A stretch of 64,000 nt of DNA from Monocercomonoides exilis PA203 (taxonomy: Eukaryota > Protista > Preaxostyla), in contig LSRY02000041.1 of NCBI GenBank assembly GCA_001643675.2, positions 124,001 through 188,000 of the forward strand, written 5' to 3'. The first letter of the stretch is position 1, and each line of letters opens with the position of its first letter. The notes under the pieces were generated by a model. That model had not been told where the DNA came from, did no database searches, and was given only the letters and a program-made list of their open reading frames with translations. This document shows positions 50,901 through 64,000 of this stretch, one piece after another. Both the position numbers and the translations under genes were made by a program.

Positions 50901-51833
50901 CAGTTCTCAGCCATTCTTCCCCATCAGCTGCAGACAAGCCTCGCCTCCTCTCAAATGCCTCTCTCTTCTCTCTCTTCTCTCTCTCCTTCTGCTTCTCCTT
51001 CTCCCTCTGCTTCTCCCTCTGCCTCCCCCACCCCTTCTCTTTCACCTGCCTCTCGTCTCCCTCCGAGCATCCTCACAGCAGCCAATCTGCCGAGCCCTCT
51101 ACTGTCGATGGGTGTATCAGGAAACAACACGAATTCTGCCAGAAACACAACACAGACACAGACAATGGGGCAAGGCGGGATGATGGGGATCAAAATGGGA
51201 ATGGGAACAGGAATGAATGTGGGGATGCAGATGGGGATGAGCCTGCCGATGGGCATGGGAGGAATGGGAATGGGAGGGATGGGGATGAATATGGGAATGA
51301 ATCTTCCTTTGGCAATGGGTGCTCCTCCTCTCTTCTCTCCTCTGAATGCTCCGATGCAGTCAGCACCCTTCCAGTCGCTCCATTCGCTTGCTCATCATCC
51401 GTCGGGTGCTCTTTCGCCGTTTTCGTTCTCTTCTCATTCGCCTTCTGCCTCTCCTCCACTCACACGCATTCCTTCTCAACAGAGTCAGCTGTCTTCGGCT
51501 GTGATGTATCCTTCCTCTCAGAATAGCTCTTCTTCTTCTTCTTCACCTTCGCCTTCTCCTTCGATTGCTTCCTCTTCTTCTTCTTCCTCGCCTGTATCTT
51601 CTTACTCTTCTGTTGTCAATCCATCTTCTTCCTCTTCATCAGCATCTCCTCAGTCATATTCAGCTGCTTCTTCTCTCTCAAGTAATGCACAGAATTCTTT
51701 CTCTCAAAATGTTCCTGCTTTTTCTCATCAACAAGTGGGGTCGCCTGGTGTACTATTGGCTGCTCAGTATTCTGGCGTATCTCTCGTTCCTGTACCTCTA
51801 TCTGGATCAACAACTCAAAACCAGCAGAAATGA
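38954..51833 (+). CDS. Giant retinoblastoma-family (RB/p107/RBR-like) pocket protein; exact start uncertain
   Basis: RB_A-like: FLRCLSLLSAQLL...FFGVSAMDW...LPKSALQTFEALSADVVSRQLW. RB_B-like: VVLKVTRLFSSRAFVLAASLGL...IWRLF...LLPNQSLHTLFVGCVYVVA, TLSQIISTY, HYINTLFIPEL. A phase-1 intron at 41025-41211 joins the 701-aa and 3517-aa ORFs in frame. Confidence 0.75.
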
Positions 51834-52058
51834 TTGATTTTTGTGAAAAATAAATTTTTTAAATTTTTGTTTTTATTTTTCATATTTTTAAGTTTCTTTT
51901 AAATATAGCATACAGGGTAATCTGAATTATTAGTTGAAAAATGAAAATCATTATTATTAAAAAAAAGCCAATTTTTCCATAATATCAAAAAAATGGAAAG
52001 ATCAAAGGAGTGGCGACAAAAGGAATTTCAGAATTGTTAAAACAGTTTAAAATTAAAC

Positions 52059-53528
52059 ATGCGTGAAATCGTTCATATCCAAGCCGGTCAGTGCGGGTTT
52101 GTAGATTGAGATTTATGTTTTGTATTCATAATTATTTGCTTCATCTTTAAAAAACATACAATTAATTCTAAATATGCGTTTTAAAATTTGAAATTTTTAA
52201 ATGCTAAAAATTCAAATTCCAGAAACCAAATTGGTGCCAAATTCTGGGAAGTTATCTCCGATGAGCACGGAATTGACCCAACAGGAGCATATCACGGAGA
52301 ATCTGAATTGCAACTCGAAAGAATCAATGTTTACTATAACGAGGCAACAGGTGGAAAATATGTTCCACGTGCAGTCCTTGTCGACTTGGAACCAGGAACC
52401 ATGGATTCCGTTCGTGCTGGACCATTCGGACAATTGTTCCGCCCTGACAACTTTGTCTTCGGACAGACAGGAGCAGGTAACAACTGGGCAAAGGGACACT
52501 ACACAGAGGGAGCTGAATTGATCGACTCCGTTTTGGATGTTGTCCGTAAGGAAGCTGAGGGTTGCGATTGCCTCCAGGGATTCCAATTGTGCCACTCTCT
52601 CGGTGGAGGAACTGGATCTGGAATGGGAACTCTTCTGATCTCCAAGATTCGTGAAGAATATCCCGATCGTATGATGTGCACATTCTCAGTTGTGCCATCA
52701 CCAAAAGTGTCAGATACCGTTGTTGAACCATACAATTGCACATTGTCAACATCTCTGCTTCTTGAAAACACTGATGAGACCTTCTGCATTGACAATGAAG
52801 CACTTTATGATATTTGCTTCCGTACCTTGAAATTGACAACACCAACATATGGTGATTTGAACCATCTTGTGTCTGTTGTTATGTCAGGAATCACATGCTG
52901 CCTCCGCTTCCCGGGTCAGTTGAACTCTGATCTTCGTAAGTTGGCTGTCAACTTGGTTCCATTCCCAAGACTTCACTTCTTCATGGTTGGATTTGCTCCT
53001 TTGACTTCCAGAGGATCACAGCAATACCGCGCCTTGTCGGTTCCAGAGCTGACACAGCAAATGTTTGATGCAAAGAACATGATGGCTGCTTCAGATCCCC
53101 GTCACGGCCGCTACTTGACTGCCTCAGCTTTGTTCAGAGGAAGAATGTCAACCAAAGAAGTTGATGAACAAATGCTCAATGTTCAAAACAAGAACTCATC
53201 ATACTTCATTGAATGGATCCCCAACAACATCAAGTCATCTGTGTGCGATATCCCACCAAAGGGATTGAAAATGGCTGTCTCATTCATTGGAAACTCAACA
53301 GCCATCCAGGAATTGTGGAAACGTGTTGCTGAACAATTCACAGCTATGTTCAGAAGAAAGGCCTTCCTCCACTGGTACACGGGAGAAGGTATGGACGAAA
53401 TGGAATTCACAGAAGCTGAATCCAACATGAGCGATCTTGTGTCTGAATACCAACAATACCAGGATGCTACAGCTGATGATGAAGAAGAAGGTGAAGGAGA
53501 GATGGAAGGAGAAGGTGAAGCAATGTAA
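52059..53528 (+). CDS. TUBB: Beta-tubulin (2 exons; intron 52097-52222)
   Basis: Exon 1 [13 protein letters not shown] splices to [10 protein letters not shown]...GGGTGSG...[15 protein letters not shown]; canonical GT-AG intron. Confidence 0.98.
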
Positions 53529-53949
53529 ATCATTTTAGTAATTTTTTGTTAAGTTTTTCGTTGGATAGTCAAAAGACTGATTTTATTCTTTTTTGAAAAT
53601 AAAATGGAATTTTTTTTATTTAAAAATTCAAAAAATAATTAAAGAATGGTGATTCAAAAATAGTGTAGTTGAGGGTGATTTTTGATTTGGAGCTTTGTTG
53701 TTGAAATTTTGAGAATAAAACCCTTTCTTTTTCAAACTTTTTCTGTTTTTATGTTATAATAAGAAGAACAGTGAAATGTAATTAATAATTAAAACATGAA
53801 AATGATTTTTTAAAATGAAAGCTATAGCAAAATTTAGAAATTTTTGTTTTTGGTGCAATTTGTGAATTACCATAAGTATTTTAAGAATTATTTATTTACA
53901 CATTTTTATTTTTTGTGATTTGAAGGTTATTTATATTAATTGGATATCG

Positions 53950-55155
53950 ATGATATCGAAAGGAATTTGCGAAAATATGTGTCCTGAAAGTCAAATCACT
54001 TTGAGGTTATCTTGTAAAGACGTTGATATTCTTGAATGTTCAATGTCAGATGTGAGTAAAGTTTTAGAACCTAATCCAACGATATTCGTTAAAAAATATG
54101 AACGATCTACTCCAGGCAAAGTGGTGAATGCATCAGATCTTCGAACTGTGAGAGCATTAAACAAAACAATTGATCATCTTCTTCGTGTTGTTGTTTTTGA
54201 AACAAGTTGCTCGTTGTCCCACAGATGCTCCTTTGCTTTTGATCGCATTAGAAGCGTGCGTACTGATATGATTATTCAGCAATTTAATAATGAAGAAAGC
54301 TGTATCATTTTAGAAAAATGTGTAATTTTTATGATCGTTGCATTTTATTTGTTAAAGCATGAAGAGTCATTTGTGAAACAACAATACATTGATCAGTTAA
54401 GCTCTGGCCTTCTGGAACTTTCAGAATTATATTCTTCCATTCGATTGAAAAAAGAAAAGGAATTTATACCCACAAGAGAATCAATGTTCAAATGTTATCT
54501 CCTTCTATTCAATCTGATTGTACCAATTGTTAATCTCACTACATTTTTAAAAGCACTTCCCATTCGACTATTTGTGAGCAAAGATATTCAATTTGCAGTT
54601 CGATTGAACCATCTTTTAAACACTCATCAGTATTACAAATTCTTGAAAGAATGCTATTCAGAAAGAGATCCTATTGCTAGATGTTTACTATCTTTCGTCG
54701 TTGACGATGTTCGACTGCTTCTTTTTAAGCATTTAACCATTCAAAGATTTCCATTGGATATATTCATCCCCACATCAGAAATATTTAGATTACTCGGATT
54801 TCGGCAGGAATTATCGCAATCAGCGTTGAGTGTACTATCAGTTGGACAATTTCTGAATGCTGAAATAGGACATCATTCCGGAAATGAATCAACTTGCAAG
54901 AAGATAGATGATGCTTTAACGTTTCTTGGGGAACGTGATGGAGAAGGGAAAATGTTTTGCTTTATTTGTTCAAAAGCTGAAAACGAAAAGAGAGATCAAA
55001 AAGATAGCAAAAAAGTTGAAATTGATGTAAGTGGAAAATCAACAGAAAAGCAGAAAGAAATCTGCAGTGCTTATTATCAATGTGCTGATTGGTGGCTGGA
55101 TGATATTAGTGCATCGGTTGAATCATTGGATCGCATGCTCTTACAGACGAAATGA
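53950..55155 (+). CDS. SAC3/GANP/THP3 family PCI-domain protein (SAC3D1-like)
   Basis: GICENMCP..Q...R, VKKYERS.PG.....DLR....L.KT.DHLL, FAFDRIRSVRTDM.IQ, ILEKC. Confidence 0.88.
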   Translation: MISKGICENMCPESQITLRLSCKDVDILECSMSDVSKVLEPNPTIFVKKYERSTPGKVVNASDLRTVRALNKTIDHLLRVVVFETSCSLSHRCSFAFDRIRSVRTDMIIQQFNNEESCIILEKCVIFMIVAFYLLKHEESFVKQQYIDQLSSGLLELSELYSSIRLKKEKEFIPTRESMFKCYLLLFNLIVPIVNLTTFLKALPIRLFVSKDIQFAVRLNHLLNTHQYYKFLKECYSERDPIARCLLSFVVDDVRLLLFKHLTIQRFPLDIFIPTSEIFRLLGFRQELSQSALSVLSVGQFLNAEIGHHSGNESTCKKIDDALTFLGERDGEGKMFCFICSKAENEKRDQKDSKKVEIDVSGKSTEKQKEICSAYYQCADWWLDDISASVESLDRMLLQTK

Positions 55156-55743
55156 TAATGTTATTGTTTGTGTTCAGCTTTGAAATTTGGTATACCAAAA
55201 CTGTTTGATTTCGTATCTCTACAACTTTTGCAAGAGGAACACTGTGTTTTCGGATTGAAAGAATGATGAAATCTTTCTGAGATAATTCATGTAATTTTCG
55301 CATAAATGTCGCATTTTTAGCAAATAAATTGATATTGCTGCATTGCAAAGTGATGCAAAAGTGTAATTTTATAGTTTTATTTTTCAGTGTAAATTTAGAG
55401 AAAGAAATTTTCTGAATGAACTGATCGTTTTCAATTTTTTATTTTTGTTATTCGCGAAATTTTCAGTAAAAGTTTTAATGTTATGAATTGAATTTTTTTT
55501 TTTTTTTCAATTTTTTTTTAACCTTTATTTTCCCAAAAACTGAAATAAACTCATCATTAACATTTCTTTAGTGTTTTATCCAAAAAAAGGAATATTCATA
55601 AGAATTATTAGCAAATATTTATCGAATTAAGTGTATAATAATTTCAATCATAATTCTTTTTTAAATATAAATTACAAGAAATTTCAAATCGGCAAAATCT
55701 TTTGTTGATGAATAAAGATGAAAGTATCTCTCTCTCTCTCTCT

Positions 55744-55774
<31 letters not shown>

Positions 55775-56404
55775 GCATTTTGCTGACTATTAGTCTGGAA
55801 AAATAGAGCGAATTTTCTTGTTCATAAAAAAATAAATGATTTGCTTCAAACTGACTCTGCAATTTCATCAAAAAAAAGTTTGACGTTTTTATACAAAAAT
55901 TGTGAAAAATTTTTATTTTTGAGAAAAAAAAAAAGAAAATATTGAATGGAACAAAATTCATTAAACAAAAAATATGATCCAAAATTTTGAATTTCAAGGA
56001 TTTCAAATTGAATCAAATAAGTGGGAAAACGCATTATTTTGACTTGAATAAATGTTCATTTGAACTTTGTTTATGTTATTGTTTTTGAAATCATATATTT
56101 GTTTGGGATGGAAAAGATTTTCATATTGAAGTTAATGAAATGAGAATTTTCAGAAACATGTGTCTATATTTAAAAAAAAAGTTCCATTTGTTTAAATTTT
56201 AGATGAAAATGAAAACGGAATATTGTTATCAATTTTTCATTCCAACTCATCGAGTTTCACCAACGTGGAAACAAATTCTTGATAATGTTTGTATATTATT
56301 GCTGGAAAAAAGGTGAGTTGGTAAGAAAATTTTATGACTATATTCAGTTTTCATTTTCATCTGAAATTTAAACTAATGGAACTTTTCAAAAAATATTGGA
56401 TGTT

Positions 56405-56452
56405 GGTGATTATTTTTGAAATCTAACCTTTTTCGAGGAGGGGTTTTCTTTT

Positions 56453-56518
<66 letters not shown>

Positions 56519-56702
56519 GCTTAATGGTTCTTTTTCGAATGTCCAACAATTCATTATTGTAAAAAAAGCGGATGTTGGAGATAAAAATGGAATACAATTG
56601 ATTATTTCTTGCATTTTTTTTTCGGAATTCAATCAAAACATTCCAAACAAATTCGAAAACAGAAAAATTTCGTATTAATAAATGATTTCAAAAACAATCA
56701 CC
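56405..56702. mobile_element. MITE with related TIRs, TGTT TSD, internal poly-T
   Basis: GGTGATTATTTTTGAAATC ... GATTTCAAAAACAATCACC, with TGTT at 56401-04 and 56703-06. Confidence 0.7.
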
Positions 56703-56778
56703 TGTTAAAATAAAAAATTTGATTTTATTTTGAGTGAAGTGTGAGAGCATTAAATATCTCTTGATTTTTGAAACAAAT

Positions 56779-57034
56779 GGGTGATTATTTAAGAAATCAC
56801 ATATTTTCATTCAAAATTTTCGGAATGAATATTTCACTTGAATATCAAAAAAAAAGATTATTGAAAAATGAAAAGGCTTGCAAAAGACATCTTCTCATTA
56901 TTTGATCAGAATCATTCGTTTTGAAAACAATTGAAAGAAAAATTAAACTTTTAAACAAAATCAAAATTCAATAATAAACAACCTTTGAAAAATAAACACA
57001 CGGAAAAAATTCATGATTTCAAAAATAATTTCCC
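56779..57034. mobile_element. MITE, 256 bp, AAAT TSD
   Basis: GGGTGATTATTTAAGAAATCA ... TGATTTCAAAAATAATTTCCC, with AAAT at 56775-78 and 57035-38. Homologous to 13117-13373. Confidence 0.8.
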
Positions 57035-57667
57035 AAATAGAAGAGCAAAACTCCATGGTTTGAATCCAGTTCAAACAAACATTAATTCAATTAATTGATT
57101 GTTTGCTTATAAAGATAAATTATTTTTTTAACTTTTATGCTCTTTGCTGTCTTTTTATTTTATGAAAATATTTAATTTTTGTTATTATTATAATAATCAT
57201 TCATTTTTTCAAGATTCATGCGTTTTGAAATTCCAATTGACTCCACAGAAGTTGAAAACTGAAAATAATTTCTTGTAAGAAAAAAAATATTAACAAATTT
57301 ATTCTTTATTTCAAAAGAATAAAACATCTCATTTTTTTTGATTGTCGGATTATTTGTTGTGATTGATTCGCATCTTTATTTATTTTTTTCAGTCAAAAAC
57401 ACTAACTTGACATTGAACTATCAAAACTGAAAATCATCATTAAAAACAACACCTTGCTGAAAGCTAAAAATCAAATAATCGTTTATTCGAACTTCAAAAA
57501 ATTTATTATGGTTTTACAAAAATTATTCACTTTCAAAAATATCTTCACGTATTTTGAAAAATTCTAAAAAATTCTTCAATTGTTCAGAAATTCTCATTTC
57601 AAAGTTGTTATATTTGCGTAATTAACAAAAAACGCTTTTTTGGATTGTCTGGTGAAAATTTTCAGAA

Positions 57668-59446
57668 ATGGATGAACCTCATCTTAAACCTGCAGACAAA
57701 GAAAAAAGTTTACAAACAAATCCATTTCATTTGTTAAATGTAGTACATTCTTCATTTTCAACTCTCGATTCTTATTGCGTAAAACCTTTACAGAATTCAA
57801 TGCCTTCTCATGAATGTAAAAATACGCCTATTTTTCATCCTGACACAGAGCCGCTTGAAGAATCAATGTGCAAGCCACTATTTCCAGATCCTCATCAACT
57901 TATGAATGATTGCTCGGCTGATGGGTTTTATTATAAACCTGGGATTATCATTCAACAACACACAGATGATAGCATGAAATCGAAAAATCAATCAAGCAAT
58001 CTTAACTCTAAATCCGAAGTAGACATTTTTAATGAACAAGATGTTCGAGATATTTGTGTTCCTTTTTCTTCAAATGAAGATTCTTCATCTATTTCAAGTT
58101 CGGGGAAGAATTTGTTATCTAAATTAGAAGATTTTAAGAAATATCTTGGAAGATTCCAGTATTGTTCAATGCATACAAAATTCTTTAAAAATGTGATTTC
58201 ATTGATTTTATCACCACCGCAGCTTCGGCCAGATCCAATTAAGTATTCCGCTTCGTTTTTTCTCAGTCTATTGGAAGAGATTTGGAATACTAGCAATGAA
58301 ATGATTGTTGACAAACTTCAGTCTGCTCGCAAAAGTGATGATAAAAAGCTTGAGGTTATGCATTCGAATGTGTCATATTTGTTTGAACCAACAATAATTC
58401 AAAGTTTTGAAGATACAGGCACATGCCAAACGTCACTTTCCATTGAGCTAAGCTGCGAAGAAGAAGGCAGAATTGCTGTAATTAATGCTATTTTATTTGA
58501 AGTCAGACACAACATATTAGAACTGTGCACAAATGTTTGTGGACAGTCTGTAATGCGTTACGTCATTGAGTTTTCAACAAAGGATCAGCTGTTTCTCATT
58601 GTCCGTCACATCTCTCAGTATCTTCCAACAATTTTCCAAGCTCCTCAATCACTTCCACTCTCTGCGGCAATTGTTGATGCAGCAGCTGATTACCCGCCGC
58701 TGTGTGACATCATCTTCGACTCTGTAAAAGAAAATCTTGCAGAACTCCTTCAGAACGAGAGTGCTGCCTCTTCCATCATCCGCTTGACAGAAAAGACGTC
58801 TCAGAGGTTTCAGCGCTCTGTGCTTCTTCTTGTGTCAGAAATAGAAATGCAACTTCTTCAGATACCTTTCGGGGCTGCTGTGGTTCAGCGTCTTATTCAG
58901 ATTTCTCGTCCGGCAATCAGACCAATCCTCATAAATCCGTTGACTGAACACGCAGAAGAATTAGCCAAACACAAATACGGATGGATCGTTTTAGCCTTTG
59001 CGGTAACGCTTCCGTGGAGCTATGACCTGGACGAGGACAGAGCGAAGCTGGGGCTTCTTTTGGAGATATCACAGTCTGTGTGCACACTCATTGTTCATGT
59101 GAATGGCGGGCCGATGCTTCGCCGATGTGCCGAGGGATTGCCAGAGGAGTGCTGCGAGATGCTGATTGATCCGCTCATTCAGACAGAAGATTTGATGCCC
59201 ATCCTCCGCGACCCGATGGGCCAGCGTGTGTTCAATGCGCTGATTGATTCAGCGTCAGAACAGCAAAAGAAGCAGCTTACGAGCATATTACAGCCACATC
59301 TGCATTTTGAGCTCGAGAAAGGAACAATCACAAGGAAGATAGCAAAAAAGGTGGAAATGTGGATGAGAGAAGACAAAACAAGCGAGTTAGGTGCTATTTA
59401 TTCACAGATTGAGACAATCACGAAAGATATGAAGCACAAGTGTTGA
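57668..59446 (+). CDS. Divergent Pumilio/PUF-repeat protein
   Basis: ~36-aa repeats: LELCTNVCGQSVMRYVIE, LLQIPFGAAVVQRLIQ, ELAKHKYGWIVLAFAV, ILRDPMGQRVFNALID. Confidence 0.78.
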   Translation: MDEPHLKPADKEKSLQTNPFHLLNVVHSSFSTLDSYCVKPLQNSMPSHECKNTPIFHPDTEPLEESMCKPLFPDPHQLMNDCSADGFYYKPGIIIQQHTDDSMKSKNQSSNLNSKSEVDIFNEQDVRDICVPFSSNEDSSSISSSGKNLLSKLEDFKKYLGRFQYCSMHTKFFKNVISLILSPPQLRPDPIKYSASFFLSLLEEIWNTSNEMIVDKLQSARKSDDKKLEVMHSNVSYLFEPTIIQSFEDTGTCQTSLSIELSCEEEGRIAVINAILFEVRHNILELCTNVCGQSVMRYVIEFSTKDQLFLIVRHISQYLPTIFQAPQSLPLSAAIVDAAADYPPLCDIIFDSVKENLAELLQNESAASSIIRLTEKTSQRFQRSVLLLVSEIEMQLLQIPFGAAVVQRLIQISRPAIRPILINPLTEHAEELAKHKYGWIVLAFAVTLPWSYDLDEDRAKLGLLLEISQSVCTLIVHVNGGPMLRRCAEGLPEECCEMLIDPLIQTEDLMPILRDPMGQRVFNALIDSASEQQKKQLTSILQPHLHFELEKGTITRKIAKKVEMWMREDKTSELGAIYSQIETITKDMKHKC

Positions 59447-59869
59447 ATGTTTCATTTAGTATTATGCTTCAAAATTGGTCTCTGCAATTTATCATTGGCA
59501 GATTAGCATCTTTGAATCGAACAATGAAGTGTTTGAAATGAATGAGCGGCTGATAATTTTATGAGCTAAGAACGATGCAATCCAACGAATAGCACAGCTT
59601 CAGAGAAGAAGGATACCCACAACTAAAAATAATCAAGTATTTGCGCTAAAATGTTATAGTTACATCATTCATATTAAAAGCTTGCATATATGTTGCGCAG
59701 GTGTTTTATTTTACTCAATTGCTATTTGAGAAGGTTTGATAGTGAGAATTTTCAAAATCAATTAGCTTTTGTGAATCTTCATGAGTTATTTGTTTTTTAT
59801 GAACAGAATTTTTCTATTAGAAAAAATTACTTATTTGTTATCAAGATAATTTTGTGTAAGATTGCAATT

Positions 59870-64000
<4,131 letters not shown>

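Noticed and set aside
41371-51837. Numerous short overlapping or antisense ORFs, and poly-K/L/I ORFs elsewhere
   Set aside because: These are shadows of trinucleotide low-complexity coding sequence and homopolymer tracts.

Overview
Eukaryotic, AT-rich protist DNA with short GT-AG introns, poly-Ser/poly-Glu tracts and a family-type surface protein. This strongly resembles the oxymonad Monocercomonoides (inference from sequence style, not a database match). The standard genetic code appears to apply. The first ~19 kb is a transposon nest. It holds: a Sola-like DDE transposase fused to a decayed USP/peptidase-C19-like domain and followed directly by a compact structured RNA-like element; a 7.5-kb non-autonomous element (3988-11501; GGG...CCC TIRs, 4-bp ATTT TSD) packed with host-gene fragments; one end of a related second element that truncates a Merlin/IS1595 transposase; and short MITEs with related TIRs and 4-bp TSDs (13117-13373, plus 56405-56702 and 56779-57034 further along). 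The rest is host genes: a type-I surface protein, an Erlectin/OS-9-like double-MRH protein, CEP76, a large low-complexity helical-repeat gene, a giant (~4,200 aa) divergent retinoblastoma-family pocket protein, beta-tubulin with an unusual helix-5 segment, a SAC3/GANP protein, a divergent PUF protein and an OSCA/TMEM63-like channel that runs off the window end.
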